Part shown: in pieces, positions 49,085 to 58,845 of the stretch
Layout of the letters: every line of letters begins with the position of its first letter
How positions within the stretch are numbered: the first letter of the stretch is position 1
IMG/VR virus record: IMGVR_UViG_642979322_000011
Direction: 5' to 3' (one strand)
From: a virus
Taxonomy: Duplodnaviria; Heunggongvirae; Uroviricota; Caudoviricetes
DNA: 64,000 bases
Notes under the pieces: model-generated
Told to the model about the DNA's origin: nothing
What the model saw: only the letters and a program-made list of their open reading frames with translations
Database searches by the model: none
Translations under genes and position numbers: made by a program

Positions 49085-51019
49085 GTGTTGTTGTTTCGGG
49101 GACGCTGAAATCTCCTGATGGTGAGGCGATATCAGGAGCAAATATTACCCTGACGGCGCTGACAGTTTCACCGGATGCGCTCAGCGGCACCAGTGCGTCG
49201 GCAGTGACCCGTGAAGGTGGATATTACGGAATGACGATGGATCCGGGGGAGTATGCGGTTTCGGTGACGGTGAAAGGGAAGACTGCTGTCTACGGACGTG
49301 TGCGTATTGAGGGGACCGAAAGTACGGTGACGCTCAATATGCTGTTACGCCGCAGTCTTGTTGAGGTTAGCATACCCGGAGAACTGCTGACAGATTTCCG
49401 GCAGATACAGAATAATGTGGCTGATGACCTTGCCACTATTCGTCGCCTGAATGAAGACACGGCGACAAAAAACAACTCAGGCCACACAGTCAAAAGAAAG
49501 TGCAGCAGCCAGTGCGAAGAGTGCATCTGACAGTGCAAAGACGGCAACCAGCAGGGCGGCTGAAGCCGGACAAAAAGCGACTGATGCCACTGAGGCTGCG
49601 ACCCGTGCAGTCACAGCAGCGGGGAATGCAGAGGAAAGCTCGACCCGTGCCGGAGAGTCTGAAAAAGCCGCCGGAGCTGATGCAGAAAAAGCCAGACAGC
49701 ATGCTGAAAAGGCCAGGCTGGCGCAGGAGAGCGCCGGAGAGATCCTTAAGCGGGCAGAGGCTGCCACTGTCAGTGCTGAAGAGGCCAGACGTATGGCTGA
49801 GAATGCACGGGGGCCCCGGGGGCCTCAGGGAGAAACTGGTCCGAAGGGGGATGTCGGTCCTAAAGGCGAAACAGGTCCAGTGGGCCCTCAAGGGCCCGCA
49901 GGGCCGAAAGGTGAGCGTGGTGACGTTGGTGCTCAGGGGGCTGTAGGGCCTGCTGGTCCGCGTGGTGAGAAGGGCGAACAGGGGGAGCGAGGACCGCAGG
50001 GAATACCAGGCCTGAAGGGGGATACCGGAGAGCGGGGGCCTAAAGGGGACCAGGGGGATATGGGGCCAAAAGGCGAGAAAGGTGATCCGGGAGGTCCTGC
50101 AGGCCCGCAAGGTCCTAAAGGCGAACGAGGAGAAGCCGGACCACAGGGACCGATGGGAGCACGAGGTGAGCGTGGGGAGACTGGCCCCCGAGGTGAACCT
50201 GGTCCTGCAGGTCCGAGAGGCGAACGAGGAGAGACCGGACCTCAGGGACCTCGTGGAGAGCCAGGTCCGGCAGGCAGCGCTGCAAATGTGGCTGATGCAA
50301 CGACGGCACAGAAGGGAATTGTGCAGTTAAGCAGCGCAACGGACAGTGATGATGAAACGAAGGCTGCCACCCCGAAAGCGGTGAAAGCGGCAATGGATGT
50401 GGCAAATGAAGCGAAAACAAAGGCAGAAGAGGCTGCAGCAGGAGGTGGTGTTCCCGGTCCGAAAGGAGATAAAGGGGACACGGGGCCAGCAGGTCCGGCT
50501 GGGCCGAAGGGTGATAAGGGAGAGCGCGGTGACACCGGCCCTGTCGGGGCAACCGGCGAACGGGGACCGGCAGGTGATGCTGGTCCGGCAGGCCCGCAGG
50601 GGCCGAAAGGTGACAGGGGAGAGCGGGGAGAGACCGGTCTGACGGGAAATGCAGGTCCACAGGGTCCAAAGGGAGATACCGGTGCGGCAGGCCCGGCAGG
50701 CCCACAGGGACCGAAAGGAGAAACAGGTGCGGCAGGCCCGGTGGGGGCGACCGGACCTCAGGGGCCGAAGGGCGACCCGGGGGAGACGCAAATACGGTTC
50801 CGTCTGGGGCCGGGAAACATTATTGAGACAAACAGCCATGGCTGGTTCCCGGATACAGATGGCGCACTCATCACCGGACTGACCTTTCTTGACCCCAAAG
50901 ATGCCACACGGGTTCAGGGTTTTTTTCAGCATTTGCAGGTCAGGTTTGGTGACGGGCCGTGGCAGGATGTCAAGGGGCTGGATGAAGTGGGCAGTGATAC
51001 AGGCAGAACAGGAGAATGA
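49081..51019 (+). pseudogene. Stf-like tail fibre with collagen-like repeats, frameshifted in an A6 run
   Basis: N-terminus resembles lambda Stf; frame shifts +1 at A6 49467-49472; downstream frame has GxY collagen repeats and the Stf motif KGIVQLSSATDS...ATPKAVKAAMD. Confidence 0.7.
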
Positions 51020-51020
51020 C

Positions 51021-51290
51021 ATGAATATTTTGAGAAAGCTTATGCAGAGTCTGTGCGGTTGCGGAAAGCATGATGACTGTGAAAACGGGCAGTCGCTTAC
51101 AGCACAACTGCGACTGGGACCGGCAGACATTCTGGAGTCAGATGAGAATGGCATTATTCCGGAGCAGGACAGGGTAATCACACAGGTGGTGATACTGGAT
51201 GCAGATAAAAAGCAGATACAGTGTGTGGTAAGACCGCTGCAAATCCTGCGTGCTGACGGGACGTGGGAAAATATTGGCGGGATGAAATAG
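51021..51290 (+). CDS. Small Cys-containing protein after tail fibre (possible fibre accessory)
   Basis: ATG with AGGAGA RBS; CGCGKHDDC motif. Confidence 0.4.
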   Translation: MNILRKLMQSLCGCGKHDDCENGQSLTAQLRLGPADILESDENGIIPEQDRVITQVVILDADKKQIQCVVRPLQILRADGTWENIGGMK

Positions 51291-51308
51291 CCGACAGCTT
51301 CACAAAAA

Positions 51309-51330
51309 CCGGAGCCCGGCTCCGGTTTTT
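51309..51330 (+). terminator. Rho-independent terminator
   Basis: CCGGAGC-3nt-GCTCCGG followed by T5. Confidence 0.6.
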
Positions 51331-51375
51331 GTTGTCATGTATAGGGGGGGGTTATTAGAGAGTGAAGTAATAAAC

Positions 51376-51618
51376 ATGTTAATACGATGGAGTGAAGGAT
51401 GCCGTGTAATTCTGGTTCAAGAGTTTTTTATGCCGGAAAATCGCAGGATTATTCTGGATAGTAAAGAATCCTGGTTAATAATCTGTGATAGTCAGTTGGG
51501 CCATTTAATGCGCAGTATGTATCAGGGACGCCGTTTTATTCAGCTGAATCTGGAAAAATTGAAAGGGGTACATGATGTCGCCTTGCCAGTGAAATGGGAA
51601 TTCACACGAAGACAGTGA
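51376..51618 (+). CDS. Hypothetical small protein in AT-rich moron
   Basis: ORF in AT-rich segment bounded by a terminator upstream. Confidence 0.35.
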   Translation: MLIRWSEGCRVILVQEFFMPENRRIILDSKESWLIICDSQLGHLMRSMYQGRRFIQLNLEKLKGVHDVALPVKWEFTRRQ

Positions 51619-51912
51619 ATAGCTTTCTGTATACGGGAATGGCGAAAAATGGACTGTATGGTGTGAGTGTGAAACATCTTGCGTGTGCGGAGTGATGCTT
51701 CTCGTTGCTACAGCGGCAATGATAATGCAGTGAAAAAAGGGGAGCAATATGCTCCCCCAAACCGAAAGAAAATTGCAATAATCAATGAAGTTATTTAGTC
51801 ATCATCAGAATGTCATGCAAGGCATTTTGTTTCAGTGATGCCGATCGCGATTTTAGCGAATTCCATCATAAATCCCCTGATTTTTAAGCCTGAAGCAGTC
51901 AAAGGAATTTCT

Positions 51913-53538
51913 ATGCCCTATATCGATATCACCACGATGCGTGGGATGATGCCGCGCGTTGTGACATCCATGCTGCCCGAGCATTCCGCTGTACTGGCGG
52001 AGGACTGCCATTTCCGGTTTGGTGTTATTACACCAGAACGTCAGATATCCGGGGTTGAGAAAACATTCACAATTAAGCCAAAAACAATTTTTCATTACCG
52101 TGACGATTTCTGGTTTGCATGGCCGGATGTGGTGGATGTGATCCGCAGTCCGATCGCTCAGGACCCCCACGGGCGTATTTACTACACTGACGGGCGTTTT
52201 CCTAAAGTGACGGATGCGACTATTGCCACAAAAGGGGACGGGAATCACCCGACATCATCGTATCGTCTGGGGATCCCCGCGCCGACGACAGCTCCTGTCT
52301 GTACTGTTCAGCAGGGCGGTGATGTTTCTGACGATAACCCGAATGATGATGAAACCCGGTTTTATACGGAAACCTTTGTCTCAGATTATGGTGAAGAAGG
52401 TCCGCCAGGTCCGGCGTCTCTGGAGGTAACACTCCGTACTCCGGGAACTGCGGTACAACTGACGCTGGCTCCGGTGCCATTGCAGAATGCCAGTATTAAA
52501 CGTCGCCGGATTTATCGCTCTGCATCAGGTGGAGGGGAGGCGGATTTTTTACTTGTGGCTGAACTGGATGCATCCGTGCTCAGTTACACGGACAAAATAC
52601 CGGCGAAAAACCTTGGGCCTTCCCTGGCGACATGGGATTACCTGCCGCCGCCAGAGAATATGACAGGCCTTTGCCTGATGGCTAACGGTATTGCCGCCGG
52701 GTTTGCCGGTAATGAAGTGATGTTTTCGGAAGCGTATCTGCCGTATGCATGGCCGGAAGTGAATCGTCACACGACGGCAGAAGATATTGTAGCTATCTGT
52801 CCGCTGGGAACGTCACTGGTGGTGGCGACAAAGGGGGAGCCTTATTTGTTCAGTGGGGTATCACCGTCCACAATTTCTGGTTCCAAAATCCCTTCAATGC
52901 AGGCGTGTCTGAGCAGGCGGAGTATGGTTGCGATGGAGGGTTTTGTGCTGTATGCAGGAACAAATGGCCTGGTGTCTGTTGATGCAAACGGTAATGTCGC
53001 GCTGGCGACGGAACAGATTGTTTCACCGGAACAGTGGCAGAGTCAGTTTAATCCGGCCTCCATTGTGGCTTATCCCTGGCGTGGTGAATACATTGCCTGT
53101 TACACGAAACCGGATGGTAAGCAGGATGTGTTTGTATTCAGTCCGGTGAACATGGATATCCGTTATCTCAGTACACCGTTTGACTGCGCATGGGTTGATC
53201 TCGCGAAAGATATGATGCGCGTGGTGACAGGAGACAAAATGTCAGTGCTTGCCGGGGGGGCTCTGCCCTCCACGATAAGGTGGCATTCAAAAATTTTTTC
53301 ATTACCTGAAAGAACCTCTTTTTCCTGTATCAGGGTGAAATCTCCGGCGCCTGAGCGGGTGGGGATCACCATTATGGCTGATGATGTTCCTGTGATTCAT
53401 TTTGCGCCGGGTACGTTTAAGGGAAGTGTGGTGAGACTTCCGGCAGCAACCGGGCAAAACTGGCAGGTGATGGTATCCGGATTCGGGCAGGTGGAACGAA
53501 TAACCCTGAGTACATCAATGTCGGAGATGCCGGTATGA
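51913..53538 (+). CDS. Phage tail/structural protein
   Basis: ATG at 51913 with AAAGGA RBS; large ORF coupled to next gene. Confidence 0.5.
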   Translation: MPYIDITTMRGMMPRVVTSMLPEHSAVLAEDCHFRFGVITPERQISGVEKTFTIKPKTIFHYRDDFWFAWPDVVDVIRSPIAQDPHGRIYYTDGRFPKVTDATIATKGDGNHPTSSYRLGIPAPTTAPVCTVQQGGDVSDDNPNDDETRFYTETFVSDYGEEGPPGPASLEVTLRTPGTAVQLTLAPVPLQNASIKRRRIYRSASGGGEADFLLVAELDASVLSYTDKIPAKNLGPSLATWDYLPPPENMTGLCLMANGIAAGFAGNEVMFSEAYLPYAWPEVNRHTTAEDIVAICPLGTSLVVATKGEPYLFSGVSPSTISGSKIPSMQACLSRRSMVAMEGFVLYAGTNGLVSVDANGNVALATEQIVSPEQWQSQFNPASIVAYPWRGEYIACYTKPDGKQDVFVFSPVNMDIRYLSTPFDCAWVDLAKDMMRVVTGDKMSVLAGGALPSTIRWHSKIFSLPERTSFSCIRVKSPAPERVGITIMADDVPVIHFAPGTFKGSVVRLPAATGQNWQVMVSGFGQVERITLSTSMSEMPV

Positions 53539-54803
53539 CCAGAAAACCGTGGCGTGCGGGGAAGGATTTATCCACTGTTGTGGAGAATATGGAAATTGGC
53601 ACCGGGCAGCGTGGTGACGGACGTCACGCATTTGTGACCCGTGAGGAACTGGTTGGTCTTAAACTCGCCCGGCGTCGAACATCGGGTGGTGCCTCATATG
53701 CACTGAATCCGGGTATTGAGATTGACAGTACTTTAATGACTGTTGATTTTCCCACAAAACCGCTGAATTTTAAGGCGACCGGTGGATTTGGCTCGGTTCT
53801 TCTTGAATGGGATATGCCTAATTATCGCGGACATTCACTGACTGAAATCTGGCGGGGTACGGAGGATGACCTTGCTGATGCAGTGCTGGTTGCCACGACG
53901 CCGGGGCAGGTTTACGGCGATCCGGTTGACCCTGGCTGGTCGGGATTTTACTGGATACGTTTTGTTAACGCGGCAGGAGTGAAAGGTCCATGGAATGCTG
54001 AAAAAGGCACTCAGGCACAAACACAGATCGGCGTGAAGGCCATCATTGACCAGATCCGCGATGAGGCTGCAAAGTCGCCGGTTGTGTCCGAGCTGCGTAA
54101 AGAAATAAAAAACGCGCAGGGGCAGGCTGTAAAGGATGCTGCAATTAAGACAACCGAAGTTGTAGGGACTCTCAGGGAAGAAACGACAAGAACGATTGGT
54201 GGTATTGAAACCCGCATTAGCACACTGGATTCGTCAACCAGTGAATCGCTTAATGAGGTCGACAAGCGCATCACTAAATTGGATAAAGAAGGCGGTGAAG
54301 CTTTTCTTGCAATGTGGTCAAAAAAAGCGGGAGTTGATGGTATCACTGCGGGGATCGGGATTGTCGCCGGAAAAGACAGTGAAGGCAGGCCTGTAAGTCA
54401 GGTTGCAATTTCTGCGTCGCAGTTGTTTGTCTTTGACCCGAATAATCCGGATAACACAGCCTATCCGTTTGCGGTATCAGGTGGCAAGGTAGTGATCCCG
54501 AAAGCGATGATTTATGACGCGGTGATTGAAACACTGGTGTCGCGGAAGGTTGTGGCGGATGAGGTAAAAGCCGGGGTAAGTATCACTTCGCCAGTTATCC
54601 GGAGTGCCGTTATTCAGAACGGAAACTTTCAGGTTGATTCTCAGGGTAACCTGAATATTGGAGGCCTTTTCAGTGTTACGTCACAAGGGCAACTGACAAT
54701 TCGTTACTCTAATCAGAATGTAGGACTGGTGATCCGCAATGATAAAATTGAGGTTTATGACCAGAATGGACGACTGGCTGTTCGCATAGGCAGATTACGC
54801 TGA
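53535..54803 (+). CDS. Phage tail protein
   Basis: ORF overlapping upstream stop; beta-rich C-terminus. Confidence 0.5.
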   Translation: MTRKPWRAGKDLSTVVENMEIGTGQRGDGRHAFVTREELVGLKLARRRTSGGASYALNPGIEIDSTLMTVDFPTKPLNFKATGGFGSVLLEWDMPNYRGHSLTEIWRGTEDDLADAVLVATTPGQVYGDPVDPGWSGFYWIRFVNAAGVKGPWNAEKGTQAQTQIGVKAIIDQIRDEAAKSPVVSELRKEIKNAQGQAVKDAAIKTTEVVGTLREETTRTIGGIETRISTLDSSTSESLNEVDKRITKLDKEGGEAFLAMWSKKAGVDGITAGIGIVAGKDSEGRPVSQVAISASQLFVFDPNNPDNTAYPFAVSGGKVVIPKAMIYDAVIETLVSRKVVADEVKAGVSITSPVIRSAVIQNGNFQVDSQGNLNIGGLFSVTSQGQLTIRYSNQNVGLVIRNDKIEVYDQNGRLAVRIGRLR

Positions 54804-54817
54804 TCAGGAGGTGAGTA

Positions 54818-55096
54818 TTGGAATACGGTTTTGCCATTTATAACAGAAATAACGTTAATGTTACGGGCGTGCTGACTCCAGTATTTTTCCTGGACAGATT
54901 TACAGCGGAGTCTGGCTCAAAGACGTACACTAATAAACCCGACGGGAAATCATTGCAGGCTGTATGTTGTTTATTTCCCTGGAATAATGTATTTGCGGAT
55001 CGGAAAGTACCGAAGATAACCATTAATGACAATACGGTGACGTGGTCGAATCTTGAGCAGGGTATGGGATCTTATATTTATACATTCTGGGGATAA
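54818..55096 (+). CDS. Hypothetical protein
   Basis: ORF, AT-rich. Confidence 0.4.
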   Translation: MEYGFAIYNRNNVNVTGVLTPVFFLDRFTAESGSKTYTNKPDGKSLQAVCCLFPWNNVFADRKVPKITINDNTVTWSNLEQGMGSYIYTFWG

Positions 55097-55101
55097 GTGT
55101 T

Positions 55102-55719
55102 ATGTACGGTTTGAGCATTATGAAGCCGGATGGCAGCGTATGGATAAGTCCAGGTTTTACGCCGCAGTGTCTGATCAACAAAGGCACCATACCGGCGACT
55201 GAAAAGTCTTTTTTTAAAACATCAATCCCGTCAGGCAAAAGTTGTTTTTTCTTTATCAGAACAGAGAAGAAGGCCGATGTCATGTACACGCATGAACAGA
55301 TTGATGGATATCATGCACTAAGGCTTCATGTAATTGTCAGGGGAACGAACCCTGGTGTTACGACGGTTTATGCTTTCGCGAATATGGTTACTCCACCTTC
55401 TGAGTATGGTATCGCCATGTATAACCCGGACGGTGAGATGATTTATCATGGCGAAATGATGCTGCTTGACGCGAAGTTAATACCTGTTGATATCAAATTT
55501 GAAAAGGACCTTGGATATCCATGCGCAATCATGCCTGCACTGGTCGGGTATTATAACTGGAAAAGAACTCCTTATGATCGACCGATTTATACCACATCCA
55601 CTGGTGCTACAGGAAATAAAATATATTCCTGTGAGCATTATTCCGGTGGTGCAACATGGGATATTCGAAAGCCGTATATAGATAAGGTCCTGGTTATTAA
55701 TACATCAGTATATGATTAG
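55102..55719 (+). CDS. Hypothetical protein
   Basis: ORF, AT-rich. Confidence 0.4.
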   Translation: MYGLSIMKPDGSVWISPGFTPQCLINKGTIPATEKSFFKTSIPSGKSCFFFIRTEKKADVMYTHEQIDGYHALRLHVIVRGTNPGVTTVYAFANMVTPPSEYGIAMYNPDGEMIYHGEMMLLDAKLIPVDIKFEKDLGYPCAIMPALVGYYNWKRTPYDRPIYTTSTGATGNKIYSCEHYSGGATWDIRKPYIDKVLVINTSVYD

Positions 55720-55809
55720 TTGAAGCGAGTCTTTAATATTCATTTAAAATGTCTAAAAAGATGTATTATTAAAAAGTTTAGCGTGTTATCTGAATACAGG
55801 ATATCTTAA

Positions 55810-56544
55810 ATGAAGAGTATAGCAACACTGGTTGTGTGTGCAATCTCCGGGATTGCCTGTGTAAATTTATCTGCACATGCAGCAGAAGGAGAGCATACAA
55901 TTTCTCTGGGGTATGCGCACTTTCAGTTTCCGGGACTGAAGGATTTTGTAAAGGATGCGACTGCTCATAACAGGGAGACTTTCAGTCATTTCGTCAACAG
56001 AAACTACTTTTCTTCATTGGGCGAATATACAGATGGTCGGGTCAGTGGATATGAAGGCAAGGATAAAAATCCACAGGGCATTAATATCAGGTATCGCTAC
56101 GAGATAACGGATGATTTTGGCGTTATCACCTCTTTTACATGGACGCGTTCTCTCACTAACTCACAGACATTTATTGATGTGCAGTCAGCCGATCATACCA
56201 GGAAGATTAAGAATCCGGCAGCTTCTGCCAGAACGGATATCAGGGCGAATTACTGGAGTCTGTTAGCGGGGCCTTCATGGCGGGTTAATCAGTACATGAG
56301 TTTATATGCGATGGCAGGGATGGGCGTTGCTAAAGTTAGCGCTGACCTGAAAATTAAGGACAATATTAACAGTAGTGGCGGATTTTCTGAAAGCAACAGC
56401 ACGAAAAAAACCTCCCTTGCGTGGGCTGCAGGTGCACAGTTTAACCTGAATGAGAGTGTTACACTGGATGTGGCTTACGAAGGTTCCGGCTCTGGCGACT
56501 GGCGCACGAGTGGCGTTACTGCTGGCATTGGCCTGAAATTCTGA
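55810..56544 (+). CDS. lom: Outer-membrane beta-barrel protein, Ail/Lom/PagC family
   Basis: Signal peptide then alternating amphipathic strands, terminal aromatic (…GIGLKF); followed by a strong terminator. Confidence 0.85.
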   Translation: MKSIATLVVCAISGIACVNLSAHAAEGEHTISLGYAHFQFPGLKDFVKDATAHNRETFSHFVNRNYFSSLGEYTDGRVSGYEGKDKNPQGINIRYRYEITDDFGVITSFTWTRSLTNSQTFIDVQSADHTRKIKNPAASARTDIRANYWSLLAGPSWRVNQYMSLYAMAGMGVAKVSADLKIKDNINSSGGFSESNSTKKTSLAWAAGAQFNLNESVTLDVAYEGSGSGDWRTSGVTAGIGLKF

Positions 56545-56566
56545 CCTGTATCCGGTAACCGTTTAC

Positions 56567-56590
56567 TACCCGCTGTGATGGCGGGTTTTT
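56567..56590 (+). terminator. Rho-independent terminator after lom
   Basis: ACCCGC-7nt-GCGGGT followed by T6. Confidence 0.65.
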
Positions 56591-56776
56591 TATTGCCCGT
56601 ACAGGGCAAAAACCGTAAATTATGCGTGGGTGCCTTTCGGCTGATGGCTGGAGGGTGAACCTGAAGGCCTGATGTGGAAAGGCCCCGAGTCAACTTAACG
56701 TTAACCCGAGGCCCTAACACTTCGTACCTTAAGCAAGTAGAAGGTTAGCGCCTCTCTGTAAAAGGAGTCAAGCGCT

Positions 56777-56917
56777 ATGTCGCAAAAATCGCTTATCACC
56801 GTCACAATTTGCATGACGGTTATCTTCACCATCTGGATGTTGCACGGTTCACTGTGTGAGTTCCGGCTGAATTTGTGGGGAGCGGAGTTTGCGGCGTTCT
56901 TACAGTGTAAGCAGTAG
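56777..56917 (+). CDS. Hok/Gef-family type I toxin-like small membrane protein (46 aa)
   Basis: MSQKSLITVTICMTVIFTIWMLHGSLCEFRLNLWGAEFAAFLQCKQ; TM helix plus SLCE-R...E-AAF motif shared with Hok/HokD; AAGGAG RBS; absent from ORF track. Confidence 0.5.
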   Translation: MSQKSLITVTICMTVIFTIWMLHGSLCEFRLNLWGAEFAAFLQCKQ

Positions 56918-56973
56918 GAAAACCGCGACGGGGACGAGAGTCCCCGTCAACTGGTTGCTGAGGTTCAGCCGAT

Positions 56974-57375
56974 ATGGCACCCGTTTCAGGTGAGAGAATG
57001 AACGATAAAATTCTCTGGTATATGCAGCGTGTTGTGAGAAATTCCCGCAACCCTGAATTTATGAATGAAGTTAAAGACGCCTGCCTTAAAAAGCAGGCGT
57101 TTTGTTTTGAGGCACCTGATGGCTTTTTGGTGCTGCGTTCTGTGCTCAGTGCTGATGGTATCCCTTATGTTCTGGTGTTGCTGGGCGTGTGTACGGGGAG
57201 TAACAGCGTTGAGCGTTACCTGCCGGAGGTGAAGACATTAACCCATCTGGCTGGCGGACGCTGGGCTGAGTTCCATACGGCAAGGCGGGGATTTATCCGG
57301 CTGGGAAAACGACTGGGCTTTGAGCGAATGCCGGATGATGAGGATGGCTTCATGGTGTTCAGGATAGCGGTCTGA
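56974..57375 (+). CDS. Hypothetical phage protein
   Basis: ORF with GAGG RBS (alternative ATG at 56998). Confidence 0.45.
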   Translation: MAPVSGERMNDKILWYMQRVVRNSRNPEFMNEVKDACLKKQAFCFEAPDGFLVLRSVLSADGIPYVLVLLGVCTGSNSVERYLPEVKTLTHLAGGRWAEFHTARRGFIRLGKRLGFERMPDDEDGFMVFRIAV

Positions 57376-57428
57376 CTGCTACAGTTTTCATCATTGTGTT
57401 TAAACCAACATTGTAATTCACATTCTGA

Positions 57429-57450
57429 CCCTGCTCCGGCAGGGTTTTTT
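57429..57450 (+). terminator. Rho-independent terminator
   Basis: CCCTGC-4nt-GCAGGG followed by T6. Confidence 0.55.
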
Positions 57451-57468
57451 GTTATCCAGGGGGCCATT

Positions 57469-58125
57469 ATGGGTGGAAGTAAAGGCGGTGGTGATACCAA
57501 AGTAAAACCAACAGCAGCGCAAATAGCACAGGAAGAAGTGGCCTGGAAAGGGTGGCAGGATTACAAAAATATCCTCCGCCCGGCTGAAGATAACTTCATG
57601 GAAAAGGTCGATGACCTGAACAGTGAGCAGCAGTACGACAATATTGCTGGCACCACAAATCTGGGGTATCAGAAACAGTTTGGCGAAGCACGGAAGGAGC
57701 TTGCGGGTAATCTTGCTCAGTCCGGCGTTGACCCATCCAGTGGTCGTTTTAATGCGGTAATGAATGCGAACCAGAGTGACCAGGTAACCGGGCAGATTGA
57801 CACAACCACACGGGGGCAGGTATCGCAGGCAGATAAGTATGTTGCCGGGCTACAGGATGTTGCTGCTCTCGGTTCTGGTCAGAAGGCGGATGCGTTACAG
57901 AGTTTTAACTCTCTGGCAGACAGCAGTCTGGCAAAAGCTAAATCGGATGCACAGGCGGCGTTTACGAAACAGCAGGGGCGAGCCTCTCTTGTTGGCGCTG
58001 GTCTGGGTGCGGCAGGTGCATATGCGATGCATAAGGCTGGCGGTAGCGGAGGAAGTGGCGGTGCTAAAACACCTGGCACCGGCGCTAATGCCATTCAGCA
58101 TCAGGCTCAGAACTGGAGACTGTAA
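57469..58125 (+). CDS. Phage internal virion-like protein
   Basis: ATG at 57469 with AGGGGG RBS; Gly/Ala/Gln-rich. Confidence 0.45.
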   Translation: MGGSKGGGDTKVKPTAAQIAQEEVAWKGWQDYKNILRPAEDNFMEKVDDLNSEQQYDNIAGTTNLGYQKQFGEARKELAGNLAQSGVDPSSGRFNAVMNANQSDQVTGQIDTTTRGQVSQADKYVAGLQDVAALGSGQKADALQSFNSLADSSLAKAKSDAQAAFTKQQGRASLVGAGLGAAGAYAMHKAGGSGGSGGAKTPGTGANAIQHQAQNWRL

Positions 58126-58127
58126 TT

Positions 58128-58574
58128 ATGGAGTATGGCAAATACGAAACTCTCGCAAGGGCTGGTTATTCAGGAGCAGACCGCCCACAGGGTGACTGGC
58201 AGACGTCAGCAGCGCTGACACGCCAACAATACGACGACTGGCGAACCAGATATTTGCCCCGCGTGGCAAGGCTGGCTGACCTTGGGGAGAACAACAGTCT
58301 GATGAATGCACAGCTTGCACGGGTGGGAGGCCTTGCCACTTCCAGTCTCCGTACAGCGCAGATGGCGCAGGATAACCAGATGGCGAGATACGGGGTAAAC
58401 CGCCCGGATAATCCCGACAGTAATACGCTGGGGTTACGTAATGCCCTGGCAATTGCTGGCGCGAAAAATGGTATCCGTGAAGCCGAACAGGATCGCCAGA
58501 TGAATATTCTGACGGGGGCTTCTGCACCGGCAAGACAGAAACTGAGTGTTGGCGGCCAACTGGTGGCAGCGTAA
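58128..58574 (+). CDS. Phage internal virion-like protein
   Basis: Coupled ORF. Confidence 0.45.
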   Translation: MEYGKYETLARAGYSGADRPQGDWQTSAALTRQQYDDWRTRYLPRVARLADLGENNSLMNAQLARVGGLATSSLRTAQMAQDNQMARYGVNRPDNPDSNTLGLRNALAIAGAKNGIREAEQDRQMNILTGASAPARQKLSVGGQLVAA

Positions 58575-58583
58575 GGGGGCAAT

Positions 58584-58835
58584 ATGGGATACGGTTTACT
58601 GGATATTGCAAATCAGTCGCGGCGTGAGGCATTACAGGGAATAAGTGACGCAGACAGACGACGTGAAGAAATTGAGGCTGCGAACAAACAGATGGCGGCG
58701 CAACAGAAAGCGCAGAACAAGCAGAATATCGGTACGGGCATTGGTACGGGGGCGGCTATTGGCGCATCCGTTGGTGGTCCTGTTGGTGCTGTTGCTGGAG
58801 CAGTAATTGGCGGCATTGCTGGTTCTTTGTTTTAA
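58584..58835 (+). CDS. Small Gly-rich membrane-associated virion protein
   Basis: C-terminus GTGIGTGAAIGASVGGPVGAVAGAVIGGIAGSLF; paralogue of the C-terminus of 4148-4828. Confidence 0.45.
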   Translation: MGYGLLDIANQSRREALQGISDADRRREEIEAANKQMAAQQKAQNKQNIGTGIGTGAAIGASVGGPVGAVAGAVIGGIAGSLF

Positions 58836-58845
58836 GGAGTGGTGA

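Noticed and set aside
49477-51181. Multiple long overlapping ORFs on both strands (for example 49490-50110 minus, 50115-50705 minus, 50327-51181 minus)
   Set aside because: They lie antisense or out of frame within the collagen-like tail-fibre repeat, where GC-rich triplet periodicity keeps all frames open; Pro/Ser/Arg-rich translations are not protein-like
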